Below are positions 40,560 through 50,021 of a stretch of DNA of 64,000 bases, one piece after another; position 1 is the stretch's first letter; the number at the start of each line of letters is the position of its first letter. The translations under genes and the position numbers were made by a program. Origin of the DNA: Promethearchaeota archaeon (GTDB taxonomy: Archaea > Asgardarchaeota > Lokiarchaeia > Sigyniarchaeales > SOKP01); assembly GCA_048938005.1 (NCBI GenBank), contig JBHLMQ010000010.1, forward strand, positions 40,482 to 104,481. Reading direction: 5' to 3'. Under the pieces are notes generated by a model. The model saw only the letters and a program-made list of their open reading frames with translations, did no database searches and was not told where the DNA came from.

Positions 40560-42665
40560 GTGCATAATAGTATGAAATATCGCCGTCTTCTCGTAATTTG
40601 TTTTATTATGTTGTTTTCTATTCAAAAAGTGCCAATAAATCAAGCGACACAAAATTTTTTTGAAAGAGATTCTGAACAAGTTATTTCTCAGGAGATAAGA
40701 TCTTCAGCTAATCTCGTCCCACCTAAAGTATTGAAGTATATTTCACCATATCCATCAATTGAATATGATATGATTGGACATTATTCATATATCGCTACAC
40801 TAATTTTCGATCCTTTGGTTGAATATTCATTTGATACTGGAGAACTTGTTCCAGCTTTAGCTAGACAGTGGGTTGTGACAAACGATAGCAAGCACTGGAT
40901 TTTTACACTCAGAGACGATGTAAAATTCCATGATGGAACAACATTTAATGCATCAGCGGTTAAGTTCACTTACGATCGATTTATCGATCCAGCTCATCCT
41001 GCTTATGTAACTAATCCAATTTCCGAGCTAGGTGAAATGCCATTAGAGTCTGTTGAAATTCTAGATGAATATAGAGTATCTATTAATTTTAACCAATCAT
41101 ATGCACCTTTTATATATCAGGAAGCCGCTTATTGTGGGATCTATTCGCCTAACAGTTTTGAAGGAGGTCCGAATGTTATTAATCCAATTGGAACAGGTCC
41201 TTATTATTTAGATAAGATTGCGAGTAATTCAACCTTTCAAAAATTTATCCGAAATGATCAACATTTTCGAGGAGTTCCACCTTTTGAAGAAATCCAATTT
41301 TTCACTTATAGTTCTTGGGGGGATTTTCAAGCGGCAGTGGAAGCACATAACGGAGATTTCACCACTAGAGGTGTGAATTCGTTACTGGAAAACGATACTT
41401 ACTGGCAAGAGTCCTTGGGTCCTGATGGGATACAATATGGATATTTCAATCATCTTCATCCCATTGTAGATGACCCAAATGTAAGAATAGCCATTAATTA
41501 TGCTATTAATAATCAATTATATGTCGATCAAAATTTATCACGTGTTAATAAGGGGATTAAACCGCTTCGTAGCGTTATTTATTCCGGAGATCCAAATCAT
41601 AATGAATTAATTCAAGGTTATCCATATAATGTTAATTTAGCAAATAGCATATTAGACAGTGCAGGATATTCCCCACTTGTCGATGGGTATCGATTTGATA
41701 TTGAACTCGTAGGATTGAACTCTGAATTATTAGAAGCAATTAAAACAGATCTTGATCAGATTGGTATTCGTTGTAATATTGTTTCTGGTTGGCTTCCTGA
41801 GCTTTATGCGGGAAATTTTGATATTTTTATTTTTGAATGGGCTGTAATAATGGATCCTAGCCTAACCAGAAAGTTACTTCATACGTCCGGTGATATTAAT
41901 TATGGAGGTTATTCAAACTCTGAAATGGATCTTTATACAACTTTGGGTCAACAAACACCTGTTCGACAAGAGCGTGAATATTATTATTTTCAGGTGCAGC
42001 AAGTTGCTCAAGAAGAAGCTCCTCTTCTTTTAATCCAGGAAACAAAAAAGATTTATTTAAGATCAAATCATGTAATCTCTTTTATTCAAATGAGTAAGGA
42101 TGGACGAATTATTTTTAATTATTCGACTCAAAAGCAAGACACAGATATCTATAAAATGGAAGAAATCGAAGTATCTTCTGATTCAGTTTACTTTCCCTTT
42201 ACGGATGGTGTTGTCACTTTAAAAAACAACCAGATTGAAGGTAACATGACAATGACACATAAATTAACGAATCTTATTCCTGATCAACAAGAAACAGGTA
42301 AATTTTATGAGTTGCAAGTTAATAACTCTGATTTGGATTATAAAGTACGGTGTTATTATGATTTAGATGAAATTTTCTATACGGATCCTCTTAAAGAACA
42401 AGAAGTCTTTGAATGGAATTATACTACCCAGTCCTGGAACAGATTGGAAATTATCACTTCAAATACTAATCTTCGTTTTTCCGAAATTCAATTAAAAGGA
42501 AGTGCAATTCTTCGTCTCGGTTATATAGACTTAATTTTACTGACCTATAAATATCTTCCAATTATTCTAATCATTATCGGGCCAATTATCGCTTTAACAA
42601 GTATAATTATAGTTAAAAATCGGAAATTAATGAAGAAAATCAAAGAAGAGTATGATTTATTATGA
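40560..42665 (+). CDS. family-5 substrate-binding protein with extra C-terminal beta domain and TM anchor
   Basis: LVPALA..W, FTLRDDVKFHDGTTFNASAVKFT, PIGTGPY, VRIAINYAIN, NYGGYSN; C-terminal TM plus short cytoplasmic tail. Confidence 0.85.
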   Translation: MHNSMKYRRLLVICFIMLFSIQKVPINQATQNFFERDSEQVISQEIRSSANLVPPKVLKYISPYPSIEYDMIGHYSYIATLIFDPLVEYSFDTGELVPALARQWVVTNDSKHWIFTLRDDVKFHDGTTFNASAVKFTYDRFIDPAHPAYVTNPISELGEMPLESVEILDEYRVSINFNQSYAPFIYQEAAYCGIYSPNSFEGGPNVINPIGTGPYYLDKIASNSTFQKFIRNDQHFRGVPPFEEIQFFTYSSWGDFQAAVEAHNGDFTTRGVNSLLENDTYWQESLGPDGIQYGYFNHLHPIVDDPNVRIAINYAINNQLYVDQNLSRVNKGIKPLRSVIYSGDPNHNELIQGYPYNVNLANSILDSAGYSPLVDGYRFDIELVGLNSELLEAIKTDLDQIGIRCNIVSGWLPELYAGNFDIFIFEWAVIMDPSLTRKLLHTSGDINYGGYSNSEMDLYTTLGQQTPVRQEREYYYFQVQQVAQEEAPLLLIQETKKIYLRSNHVISFIQMSKDGRIIFNYSTQKQDTDIYKMEEIEVSSDSVYFPFTDGVVTLKNNQIEGNMTMTHKLTNLIPDQQETGKFYELQVNNSDLDYKVRCYYDLDEIFYTDPLKEQEVFEWNYTTQSWNRLEIITSNTNLRFSEIQLKGSAILRLGYIDLILLTYKYLPIILIIIGPIIALTSIIIVKNRKLMKKIKEEYDLL

Positions 42666-43231
42666 CATCTGAGAAAGTAGAGCAAAAATCTGAAGATTTT
42701 GAGTTAGAATCAGAATCTACATACCAAAATGAAACCAAGCATATACTATTAAAATCTGGGATTAAAATAAAGCCTGTTTATCTTAGCAAGGATAAAGTAT
42801 TACAAGGTAAAGCTCTTCAAATCTATTGGTACATTTTAACCCATAAAAGCGCAGGAGTAAGGGAAATTCAGAAATCATTGGATTTTGCCTCTCCCGGAAC
42901 CGTATCGTATCAATTAAAAAAATTATTGCAAGCAGGAATTATATTAAAAAAGGAGAAAGATGGAAAATATTATCTGAAGAAAGAATCAAAAAAAGGATTG
43001 TTAGGATTTTATATTCGCGTTGGTTATTTTCTAATACCCCGATTTACATTATACTTAATTTTTTATATTCTGGGTTTTATAGTATATATTTTTTTTGCAT
43101 GTATTTATGGTGACACTTTTATTTTAAATCCAGGTGGTTTACTTCTATTATTTTTCTTGATTTTTGGAACGGCTATATTTATGTTTGAATCTATCAAAAT
43201 TTGGAAAACTAGACCAGTAAAATTAAAATAA
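42662..43231 (+). CDS. membrane-anchored winged-helix transcription regulator (wHTH + 2 TM), paralog of 37509-38081
   Basis: LQGKALQIYWYIL..GVREIQKSL..ASPGTVSYQLKKLLQAG..GKYY, two TMs; ATGA overlap with upstream SBP. Confidence 0.85.
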   Translation: MTSEKVEQKSEDFELESESTYQNETKHILLKSGIKIKPVYLSKDKVLQGKALQIYWYILTHKSAGVREIQKSLDFASPGTVSYQLKKLLQAGIILKKEKDGKYYLKKESKKGLLGFYIRVGYFLIPRFTLYLIFYILGFIVYIFFACIYGDTFILNPGGLLLLFFLIFGTAIFMFESIKIWKTRPVKLK

Positions 43232-43312
43232 GAATTAGTTTTATTTCATTCAACAGTTATAGGGTTTATTAAATCTAGAAATGAAATATTTGAATGAATT
43301 AAAACAAAATAT

Positions 43313-44632
43313 TCATTTATTTTTTGTTTTTTTCTTGCTTTCTAATGCATCTTTTAAAAGCTTGATGGCACAAAATTCGCCACACATGCTACAAACTTCA
43401 TTATCGATAGAATTTCCATTTCTATAATGAACCTCCCTTGCTAAATCCGGATCTATGGAATGTTTAATCATTCCCTCCCAATCCAAATTTTTCCGAGCAA
43501 TATCCATCTGATAATCCCATTTTGAAGCTCTTCTGCCATATTTAGCAACATTAACAGCATGAGCAGCAATTTTAGAAGCAATTACTCCTCTTTTTACTTC
43601 TTCCTTTTTAGGAAGACCTAAATGTTCTGAAGGAGTTACATAACATAAATAATCAGCTCCCGCTAAACCCGCAATAGTTCCACCAATAGCACTAACGATA
43701 TCATCGTATCCGGGGGCAATATCTGTAACTAATGGTCCTAGTACATAAAATGGAGCTTCATCACATAAAGATTTTTGAATTTTAACATTTTGTTCGATTT
43801 CATGTGCAGGAATATGACCTGGACCTTCAACCATAACTTGGACATTACTTTTCCATGCTCTTTTAACTAATTTTGAGATTTCAATTAATTCTTGTATTTG
43901 AACATAATCAGTAGAGTCAAAAATACAACCAGGTCTAAATCCATCTCCTAAAGATAAAGTGAAATCAAATTCTTGAGCCATTTCAAGTAAATAATCATAT
44001 CTACGATTAAAAGGATTCTCCATCTCATTTTCTAAAATCCATGAAGCTAAGAAAGTTCCACCCCTTGAAACGACCCCCATTGTACGTGGATGTTTAACCA
44101 AATAATCTACAATTTCTTTTGTGACTCCAACATGGATGGTAAAAAAGTCAACACCTTCATTTGCTTGCTCTTCTACAACATTGAACATGTCATCTTCATC
44201 CATATGAATAATGGCTCCTTTGGTTTCTATAGCTCTCAAAGCAGTCTGATAAATAGGAACAGTACCAATAGGAACTTTAAGCTCATTAAGTATTTGTTTT
44301 CTAATTGTTTGGACATCCGATTCGGTTATACCAGTACTTAAATCCATCACAGTATCAGCGCCATATTTAACTGCGATTTTAGCTTTTTCTAATTCTTCTT
44401 CAATATTACAAACAGTTTTAGAAGAACCTACATTTGCGTTGATTTTTACTAATAATCCTTTACCAATACCAATAGGCGGATCTAATTCTCTTCTATTGGA
44501 TTTAGGGATTATAATTCTTCCTTTTTCAATACCTCGCTTTATGAAATCAACATCAACTTGCTCATTTTTAGCAACTATTTCTATTTCTTTGGTAATGTTT
44601 CCGTTCCTAACAGTTTTTATTAATGTTGACAA
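43313..44632 (-). CDS. thiC: phosphomethylpyrimidine synthase
   Basis: KINANVGSS, GADTVMDLST, GTVPIYQ, VSRGG, LSLGDGFRPG, EGPGH, CYVTPSEHL, CSMCGEFCA. Confidence 0.96.
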   Translation of the reverse strand: MSTLIKTVRNGNITKEIEIVAKNEQVDVDFIKRGIEKGRIIIPKSNRRELDPPIGIGKGLLVKINANVGSSKTVCNIEEELEKAKIAVKYGADTVMDLSTGITESDVQTIRKQILNELKVPIGTVPIYQTALRAIETKGAIIHMDEDDMFNVVEEQANEGVDFFTIHVGVTKEIVDYLVKHPRTMGVVSRGGTFLASWILENEMENPFNRRYDYLLEMAQEFDFTLSLGDGFRPGCIFDSTDYVQIQELIEISKLVKRAWKSNVQVMVEGPGHIPAHEIEQNVKIQKSLCDEAPFYVLGPLVTDIAPGYDDIVSAIGGTIAGLAGADYLCYVTPSEHLGLPKKEEVKRGVIASKIAAHAVNVAKYGRRASKWDYQMDIARKNLDWEGMIKHSIDPDLAREVHYRNGNSIDNEVCSMCGEFCAIKLLKDALESKKKTKNK

Positions 44633-44756
44633 TACTTAGACCTGTCTACTAATAATATTTCATAAATCATTAAAATATATACTCTATGACAAAATAATAA
44701 TGATAAAATTATATTCTTTTGTCTTATTATTTAAAATTTCTAAAGTAATAAAAAAA

Positions 44757-45227
44757 TTAATCATATCCAATCTTTAATTGCTTTAGAAGTTCAATTAAAG
44801 ATTCAGTTAATTTATAATTTTTAAGTTGATTAAAAGGAACAAATCTGGCATCAATTGCGTCATCCGCTGCCTTAGGTGGTTGATTTAGATCTCCTTCTAT
44901 TTGTTCAACAAAATAATTGATTAAAACATAATGATATTCAATTTTTCCAGAATTATCATACATAATTTTATTAATAACACCCGCTAATTTTGAAACCTTT
45001 ACTATAAATCCTGTCTCTTCAAAAGCTTCTCTCTCTGCTGCTGCTTCCACCTTTTCTCCAAGGTCTAAATGGCCTCCAGGAATGCTCCAATACCCAGCAT
45101 CAGGATTATATTTTCTCTTAACTAATAATAAATGATTATCTCGAACTAATAGAACACCCACACCTATATGTGGACGCACTGGGTATTTTCTTGTATCAAA
45201 AGCACTTAGTTCTTCTCTATCAACCAT
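44757..45227 (-). CDS. NUDIX hydrolase
   Basis: Nudix box GGHLDLGEKVEAAAEREAFEETG. Confidence 0.9.
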   Translation of the reverse strand: MVDREELSAFDTRKYPVRPHIGVGVLLVRDNHLLLVKRKYNPDAGYWSIPGGHLDLGEKVEAAAEREAFEETGFIVKVSKLAGVINKIMYDNSGKIEYHYVLINYFVEQIEGDLNQPPKAADDAIDARFVPFNQLKNYKLTESLIELLKQLKIGYD

Positions 45228-45266
45228 AACTTTACATTTTATAACATTTTTTAATTATTAATACGA

Positions 45267-45797
45267 TTGGAAAATTTTAAAGATTCATTATTTGATGACT
45301 TTCTTATGGTGCGCCCATGGTATTGGCCTGAGGGAGGACAGCCTCATCGCACAGAACCTTTTACTTGGATTATTAAGAAAAAGATAGCTGCTTCTTGGTG
45401 GCCGGATATGTCATTAATCAAGAGATATAAAGAAGAAAAAATTAAAGTAGTTATAAATTGCTCTGAATTTGATAATAGAAACGATATCCAAAATGATTTT
45501 AAGTATTATCATATCAATATATCTGATTTTGGGACTCCAACAGATTCTCAACTAGAAAAATTCTTAGATATTACGAGTAAATATGGAGCTAATGGAGATC
45601 CAATAGTAGTCCACTGCGTAGCAGGTTGTGGAAGAACTGGTATAATGATCGTAGCTTGGGCTACCTTTAATGGCTATATTCCAAAAGGGTTGGATCCAGT
45701 AAAATGGATTCGAAAATTTAGACCGTGTTGCTTAGAAACGAAAGAACAAATGGAATTAGCACGAAAAATAGCTAAAAAGTATAGAAAACAACTTTAA
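45267..45797 (+). CDS. dual-specificity/tyrosine protein phosphatase (CX5R)
   Basis: ISDFGTP general-acid loop, VHCVAGCGRTG, IR..RP...ET.EQ. Confidence 0.88.
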   Translation: MENFKDSLFDDFLMVRPWYWPEGGQPHRTEPFTWIIKKKIAASWWPDMSLIKRYKEEKIKVVINCSEFDNRNDIQNDFKYYHINISDFGTPTDSQLEKFLDITSKYGANGDPIVVHCVAGCGRTGIMIVAWATFNGYIPKGLDPVKWIRKFRPCCLETKEQMELARKIAKKYRKQL

Positions 45798-45875
45798 TGT
45801 AAAGTATTTAAGACTGGAATTTATTTTATTATTAAGAATATAATATTTTTAATGCAAAATTATCCTTAATATTGG

Positions 45876-47045
45876 ATGCTTATGCAAAAATCAGACTATA
45901 TTTATATGATAACTGATAATATCATGGTATTTCGAATTAATCTGCCAACAGATCTTCGAGGAAATCAATTGCGCGAGCATCTAAATAAATATGATGAAAA
46001 ATATCTAAAAATTATTGCTGGTTTTGATAAAAATTTTTTAGAACACTTCCTAATAATATCGAAGGGAAGAACTCAAGATGATCTTGCTGAAGTTCTTAAG
46101 AAAATGGAAAAAATTTCTTTTATGATTGGCCCTAAAGGAAATTTAAACTACGTAACGTCCAATCAAATACAACATATTCTTACTAAGTTAAGTTCTTTAA
46201 ATTTAAATGAAATCAAAGAAGCGAAAATTAGTAAAATCGCTGATGAGCAAATAGAAAAAGAGTTTAGTACATCATACAGTACAACATCTGCATTAGAACA
46301 ACAACTTGCTAGTGCTGCATTTTACCTGGAGTCAATTGGATATTCAAATCAAGAAATAAAGGAAAAATTTGATGAAGTAAGACAAGATCCTTCAAAATTA
46401 GATATCTTATTTACGTTACAACCTAAAGAAATTTATAGTATGCCCCAAGAAATCCAACCAAGGCGCACCCCCCCATCAAGACCTCAAAACGCTTCATCCG
46501 CTCAATCTACCTCTATTGAAAGTAGTCAGGAAACTCAAAATGCTATTGAGCAACATGTCAGCTCAATTGAACATGAAATAACAGGGGAAAGAGCAAAGAA
46601 AGTTGAAGAGATTATGGAACTTATAAAAACTCATGTTAAAGATAACATGAATCAGAGTTATGAAAGAGTCTTTAGACAGATCCACCCCGATAGGTTAAAT
46701 CGAGCTTTCAAAATGTTACGGGATACAAAAAGAAAATCTAAAAGAATGACACTTTACTTAGAATGGTTCTTTTGTTCACATCTTTTATCTAATATTGAAG
46801 TGAAGGTGGAACATTGGCAGACTAGTAGTGCAGCAGGTCATGGAAGTACAGGAGTATATACAGCAGGAATTAATTTTGGACGTTATGATCAAATTATAAG
46901 AGAGTTTCCAGATAATAAATTAGCCAAAGTTATTAAAATTGCAAGAAGAATTTTACAAAATCCCACTAAGAAAGCAATTCAAAAGCTTGGACAAGATCTC
47001 ATTGCAGAAACAGGTTTTGATGAGCACCTCTACTTCACAGATTAA
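45876..47045 (+). CDS. hypothetical protein with central Ser/Thr/Pro/Gln-rich linker
   Basis: 389 aa ORF; no family recognised. Confidence 0.7.
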   Translation: MLMQKSDYIYMITDNIMVFRINLPTDLRGNQLREHLNKYDEKYLKIIAGFDKNFLEHFLIISKGRTQDDLAEVLKKMEKISFMIGPKGNLNYVTSNQIQHILTKLSSLNLNEIKEAKISKIADEQIEKEFSTSYSTTSALEQQLASAAFYLESIGYSNQEIKEKFDEVRQDPSKLDILFTLQPKEIYSMPQEIQPRRTPPSRPQNASSAQSTSIESSQETQNAIEQHVSSIEHEITGERAKKVEEIMELIKTHVKDNMNQSYERVFRQIHPDRLNRAFKMLRDTKRKSKRMTLYLEWFFCSHLLSNIEVKVEHWQTSSAAGHGSTGVYTAGINFGRYDQIIREFPDNKLAKVIKIARRILQNPTKKAIQKLGQDLIAETGFDEHLYFTD

Positions 47046-47083
47046 TAAAAATTGAGAAAAAAAAAGATTATATTGTATTATAG

Positions 47084-47629
47084 TTACATATGTTTTGTTT
47101 TTAGAGTTATCTCTTTACCTTTCATTCGAGCATTCTGTTTCAACAGGTTTAAAACTTCTCTTGCTTTCACTGTTTTGTAAAAGCGGAACTTCCATGATTG
47201 AACAATCTTATTGCTTTCCCGATCAATAAATCCCAGTCGAAAGAGTGTATATTCTCTGGAAATAGCTGATGTAGAGGGGAAATCTATAGAAAATTCTCCT
47301 TTTGCACTAATACGTAGGATGTCAAAATCATCCCATCTAATTTTAATTTCTGAATGAGTTTTTTGGAGTCTTATTTCCTCTGCAGAAATAATGAATTTTT
47401 TTCGTAAGTTATTGAAATATCCTTGATATGATAAAAAGGTGAGAGGGCAAAGAATGAGTACACCTATTCCTATAAACATTCCAATCATATCTATTAAAAG
47501 AACACCTAAAGTAATGATAAAGATATAGAAAAAAACAGTTACCGCAAGCAGGGAAATAACACGGAAATAATTTGTTTCAGCTATTTCAATTTCATCTTTT
47601 TCTTGATCATTTCGTTTAATGATTATCAT
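47084..47629 (-). CDS. hypothetical membrane protein (2 TM + possible PH-like domain)
   Basis: Two hydrophobic helices followed by KFIISAEEIRL...IRWDDF. Confidence 0.65.
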   Translation of the reverse strand: MIIIKRNDQEKDEIEIAETNYFRVISLLAVTVFFYIFIITLGVLLIDMIGMFIGIGVLILCPLTFLSYQGYFNNLRKKFIISAEEIRLQKTHSEIKIRWDDFDILRISAKGEFSIDFPSTSAISREYTLFRLGFIDRESNKIVQSWKFRFYKTVKAREVLNLLKQNARMKGKEITLKTKHM

Positions 47630-47675
47630 TTCTTTTAATGATTAAATTTAATCTTATAAATAGTTAACTAATCAT

Positions 47676-49304
47676 TTAATAATAAGATTTATGAAGTCTT
47701 TTATAAACAGTTTTCCCTCTTATTATTGTTTCAAGAACTTGAATATTTCTAATCTCATTAATGCTTATTTCAAGTGGATTTTTATCCAATATTATCAAAT
47801 CTGCAAGTTTTCCGACTTTTATACTCCCCTTAATCTTTTCTTCAAATGCAGCATAAGCAGCATTAATTGTATAGGACTTAAGCGCTTCTTTCATACTTAT
47901 ACACTCCTTAGGAATGAAACCGTTTCTATTAACAAGAGCATGAAGCCCTAAAATAGGATTAGGATCTTCAACGGGACAATCTGATCCTGATGCAAGAACA
48001 ACTCCACCATCAATGATGGATTTCATGGGATAAGTATATTTACAACGCTCTTTACCTAATCTCTTTTCTAACCAAGTGTATTCTGAATTAATAAATGGTG
48101 GTTGACATGAGGCAATTATTCCATTATTTTTCATATCTTTTATAACATCCTTAGTCAACATCGAAGCATGTTCCACTCGGTGTCGATGATTTTCTCTTGG
48201 ATATTCTTTTAAAAGTTTTTTATACAAATCTATGCAAATTCTATTGCCTCTATCTCCAATAGCATGAATAGCGATTTGAAATCCATTATTGTGAGCTACT
48301 TTCATTTTTTCATAAATTTTATCTTCATCAATCACACAAAATCCGCATGAATCGGGAGCATCAGAAAAAGGTTCATACATACATGCAGTTTTTGCTCCAA
48401 ACGTACCATCAAGGAATAACTTTAAGCTACCAATTTTAAATTTACTATCTTCTTTACCACCATCTAGAGGGGGTTTCTTTAATTTCATAAGTTTCTCTGG
48501 TTTGTCAGTAGAAATAAGTGCGTACCAATTTTGCAGTATTTTATCTTGAATTGATTTATAAATTGGTATCTCAATTACTCCTAAATCCCCTCCTTTTCCT
48601 CCTTTACCAAATTGAAGATTTCCATGAATAGATGTAATTCCATTTTTCGCGAACATTTTAAAAGCTTTAATAGCAGTTTCTTGAATTACTTCGGATTTGG
48701 GAATTAAAAATTTATAGATCTTTGGAAGTAATTGGTCTAAAGCATTTTCAGATATTACTCCAGTTAATTTCCCTTCCTTATCTTTTCTGATTTCAGCCCC
48801 TTCAGGAACGATTGTTTCAGAGTTGATGCCTAATAATTCTAATGCTTTCGAGTTAGCAATACCTATATGACCGTCGTATCTTATGATAAATACTGGATTA
48901 TCAGGGCAGGCTTTATCTAATTCCCAACGATTAGGCAATATTGGAACATCAAATTCTTCTTCTTTTAACTTTAATCCAAATATAAATTCTCCCATATCTT
49001 TTTTTTTCGCAGCTTCTCTCAAAATATCTTGAAGTTCTATTAAGCTTTTGACAGAAGAAAGATTAAGATTCAATAATAAGAACATAAATGTAATTGGATG
49101 CATATGGCAATCTATGAAACCAGGAAGAATTGTGTTATCTTTCAAATCTATCAGTTTGAAATCATTACCCATTTCGTTTTTAATATCTTCGAAATTTCCT
49201 ACGGCAATAATTTTTTCACCCTGAATTCCGATAGCTTCAACAAGCGGCTGTTCCTCATCCATAGTGATAATAGGACCATTAAAATAAATTTTTCTTTCAA
49301 CCAT
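47676..49304 (-). CDS. amidohydrolase 3 family (YtcJ-like)
   Basis: NGPIITMD, PGFIDCHMH, KLFLDG, HAIGD, HRVEHA, GSDCPV, YTINAAYA, GKLADL. Confidence 0.9.
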   Translation of the reverse strand: MVERKIYFNGPIITMDEEQPLVEAIGIQGEKIIAVGNFEDIKNEMGNDFKLIDLKDNTILPGFIDCHMHPITFMFLLLNLNLSSVKSLIELQDILREAAKKKDMGEFIFGLKLKEEEFDVPILPNRWELDKACPDNPVFIIRYDGHIGIANSKALELLGINSETIVPEGAEIRKDKEGKLTGVISENALDQLLPKIYKFLIPKSEVIQETAIKAFKMFAKNGITSIHGNLQFGKGGKGGDLGVIEIPIYKSIQDKILQNWYALISTDKPEKLMKLKKPPLDGGKEDSKFKIGSLKLFLDGTFGAKTACMYEPFSDAPDSCGFCVIDEDKIYEKMKVAHNNGFQIAIHAIGDRGNRICIDLYKKLLKEYPRENHRHRVEHASMLTKDVIKDMKNNGIIASCQPPFINSEYTWLEKRLGKERCKYTYPMKSIIDGGVVLASGSDCPVEDPNPILGLHALVNRNGFIPKECISMKEALKSYTINAAYAAFEEKIKGSIKVGKLADLIILDKNPLEISINEIRNIQVLETIIRGKTVYKRLHKSYY

Positions 49305-49309
49305 TTTTG

Positions 49310-49888
49310 CTATTTTCTCCTTAGTTTTAATTGTATTTCTCGTGTATCAGCATACTGATTAAGAAATGTTTTAAGAATCTTTGATTTTGATTTAAAATCT
49401 TTTCGATCAATTCCCTCTTCTTTAATTTGTTCCTTACTTTTAATTAAAGATTCTTCTAAACCCTCAATTGGAAGTAAAGCAGTAGCAATGCAAAAGAAAC
49501 TCTTAGATCTGCCCTCATTAAAGTTTTCTAACATATTCTCAAGAATTTCCATCCTTTCATTTTGCTGAGTTTTAAAATTTTCAATACCTACTTCTTTTAT
49601 TAATCTCAAGTTCAAAAGTGATACTTGATGAGATATAAAGGAGTCATATTTATCCCATTTATCTATTTTAGAACATGGAAATTCTGTGCACTCAGCACAT
49701 GTCTCAAAGCTATGTGTTTTTACGCAACATGTAATTATTGAACATGATGGATGCTTATTATAAAAGTTAGGACCACAACAACCAGGACATCTTGAAGGTC
49801 CTTTAGTATAATAAACTGGACATAACCCACAATCTAATCCACAGCAAGCGATGGTGGGATTCTTCTTTTCTGGATATTCTCGAGTCAT
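49310..49888 (-). CDS. DUF3795-type Cys-rich protein
   Basis: ACCGLDCGLCP, CPGC, CSIITCC, TCAECTEFPC. Confidence 0.8.
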   Translation of the reverse strand: MTREYPEKKNPTIACCGLDCGLCPVYYTKGPSRCPGCCGPNFYNKHPSCSIITCCVKTHSFETCAECTEFPCSKIDKWDKYDSFISHQVSLLNLRLIKEVGIENFKTQQNERMEILENMLENFNEGRSKSFFCIATALLPIEGLEESLIKSKEQIKEEGIDRKDFKSKSKILKTFLNQYADTREIQLKLRRK

Positions 49889-50021
49889 TATTAACTGTTA
49901 TAATTGTAGAATTTGATACTTATTACATAGATTTTAAGAAATAAAAAGGTTATAAGAAAAGTATTAAAAATATGAAATAATTCTTAGGATTAATCAATAG
50001 GGAAAAATGTGAAATTTTAAA

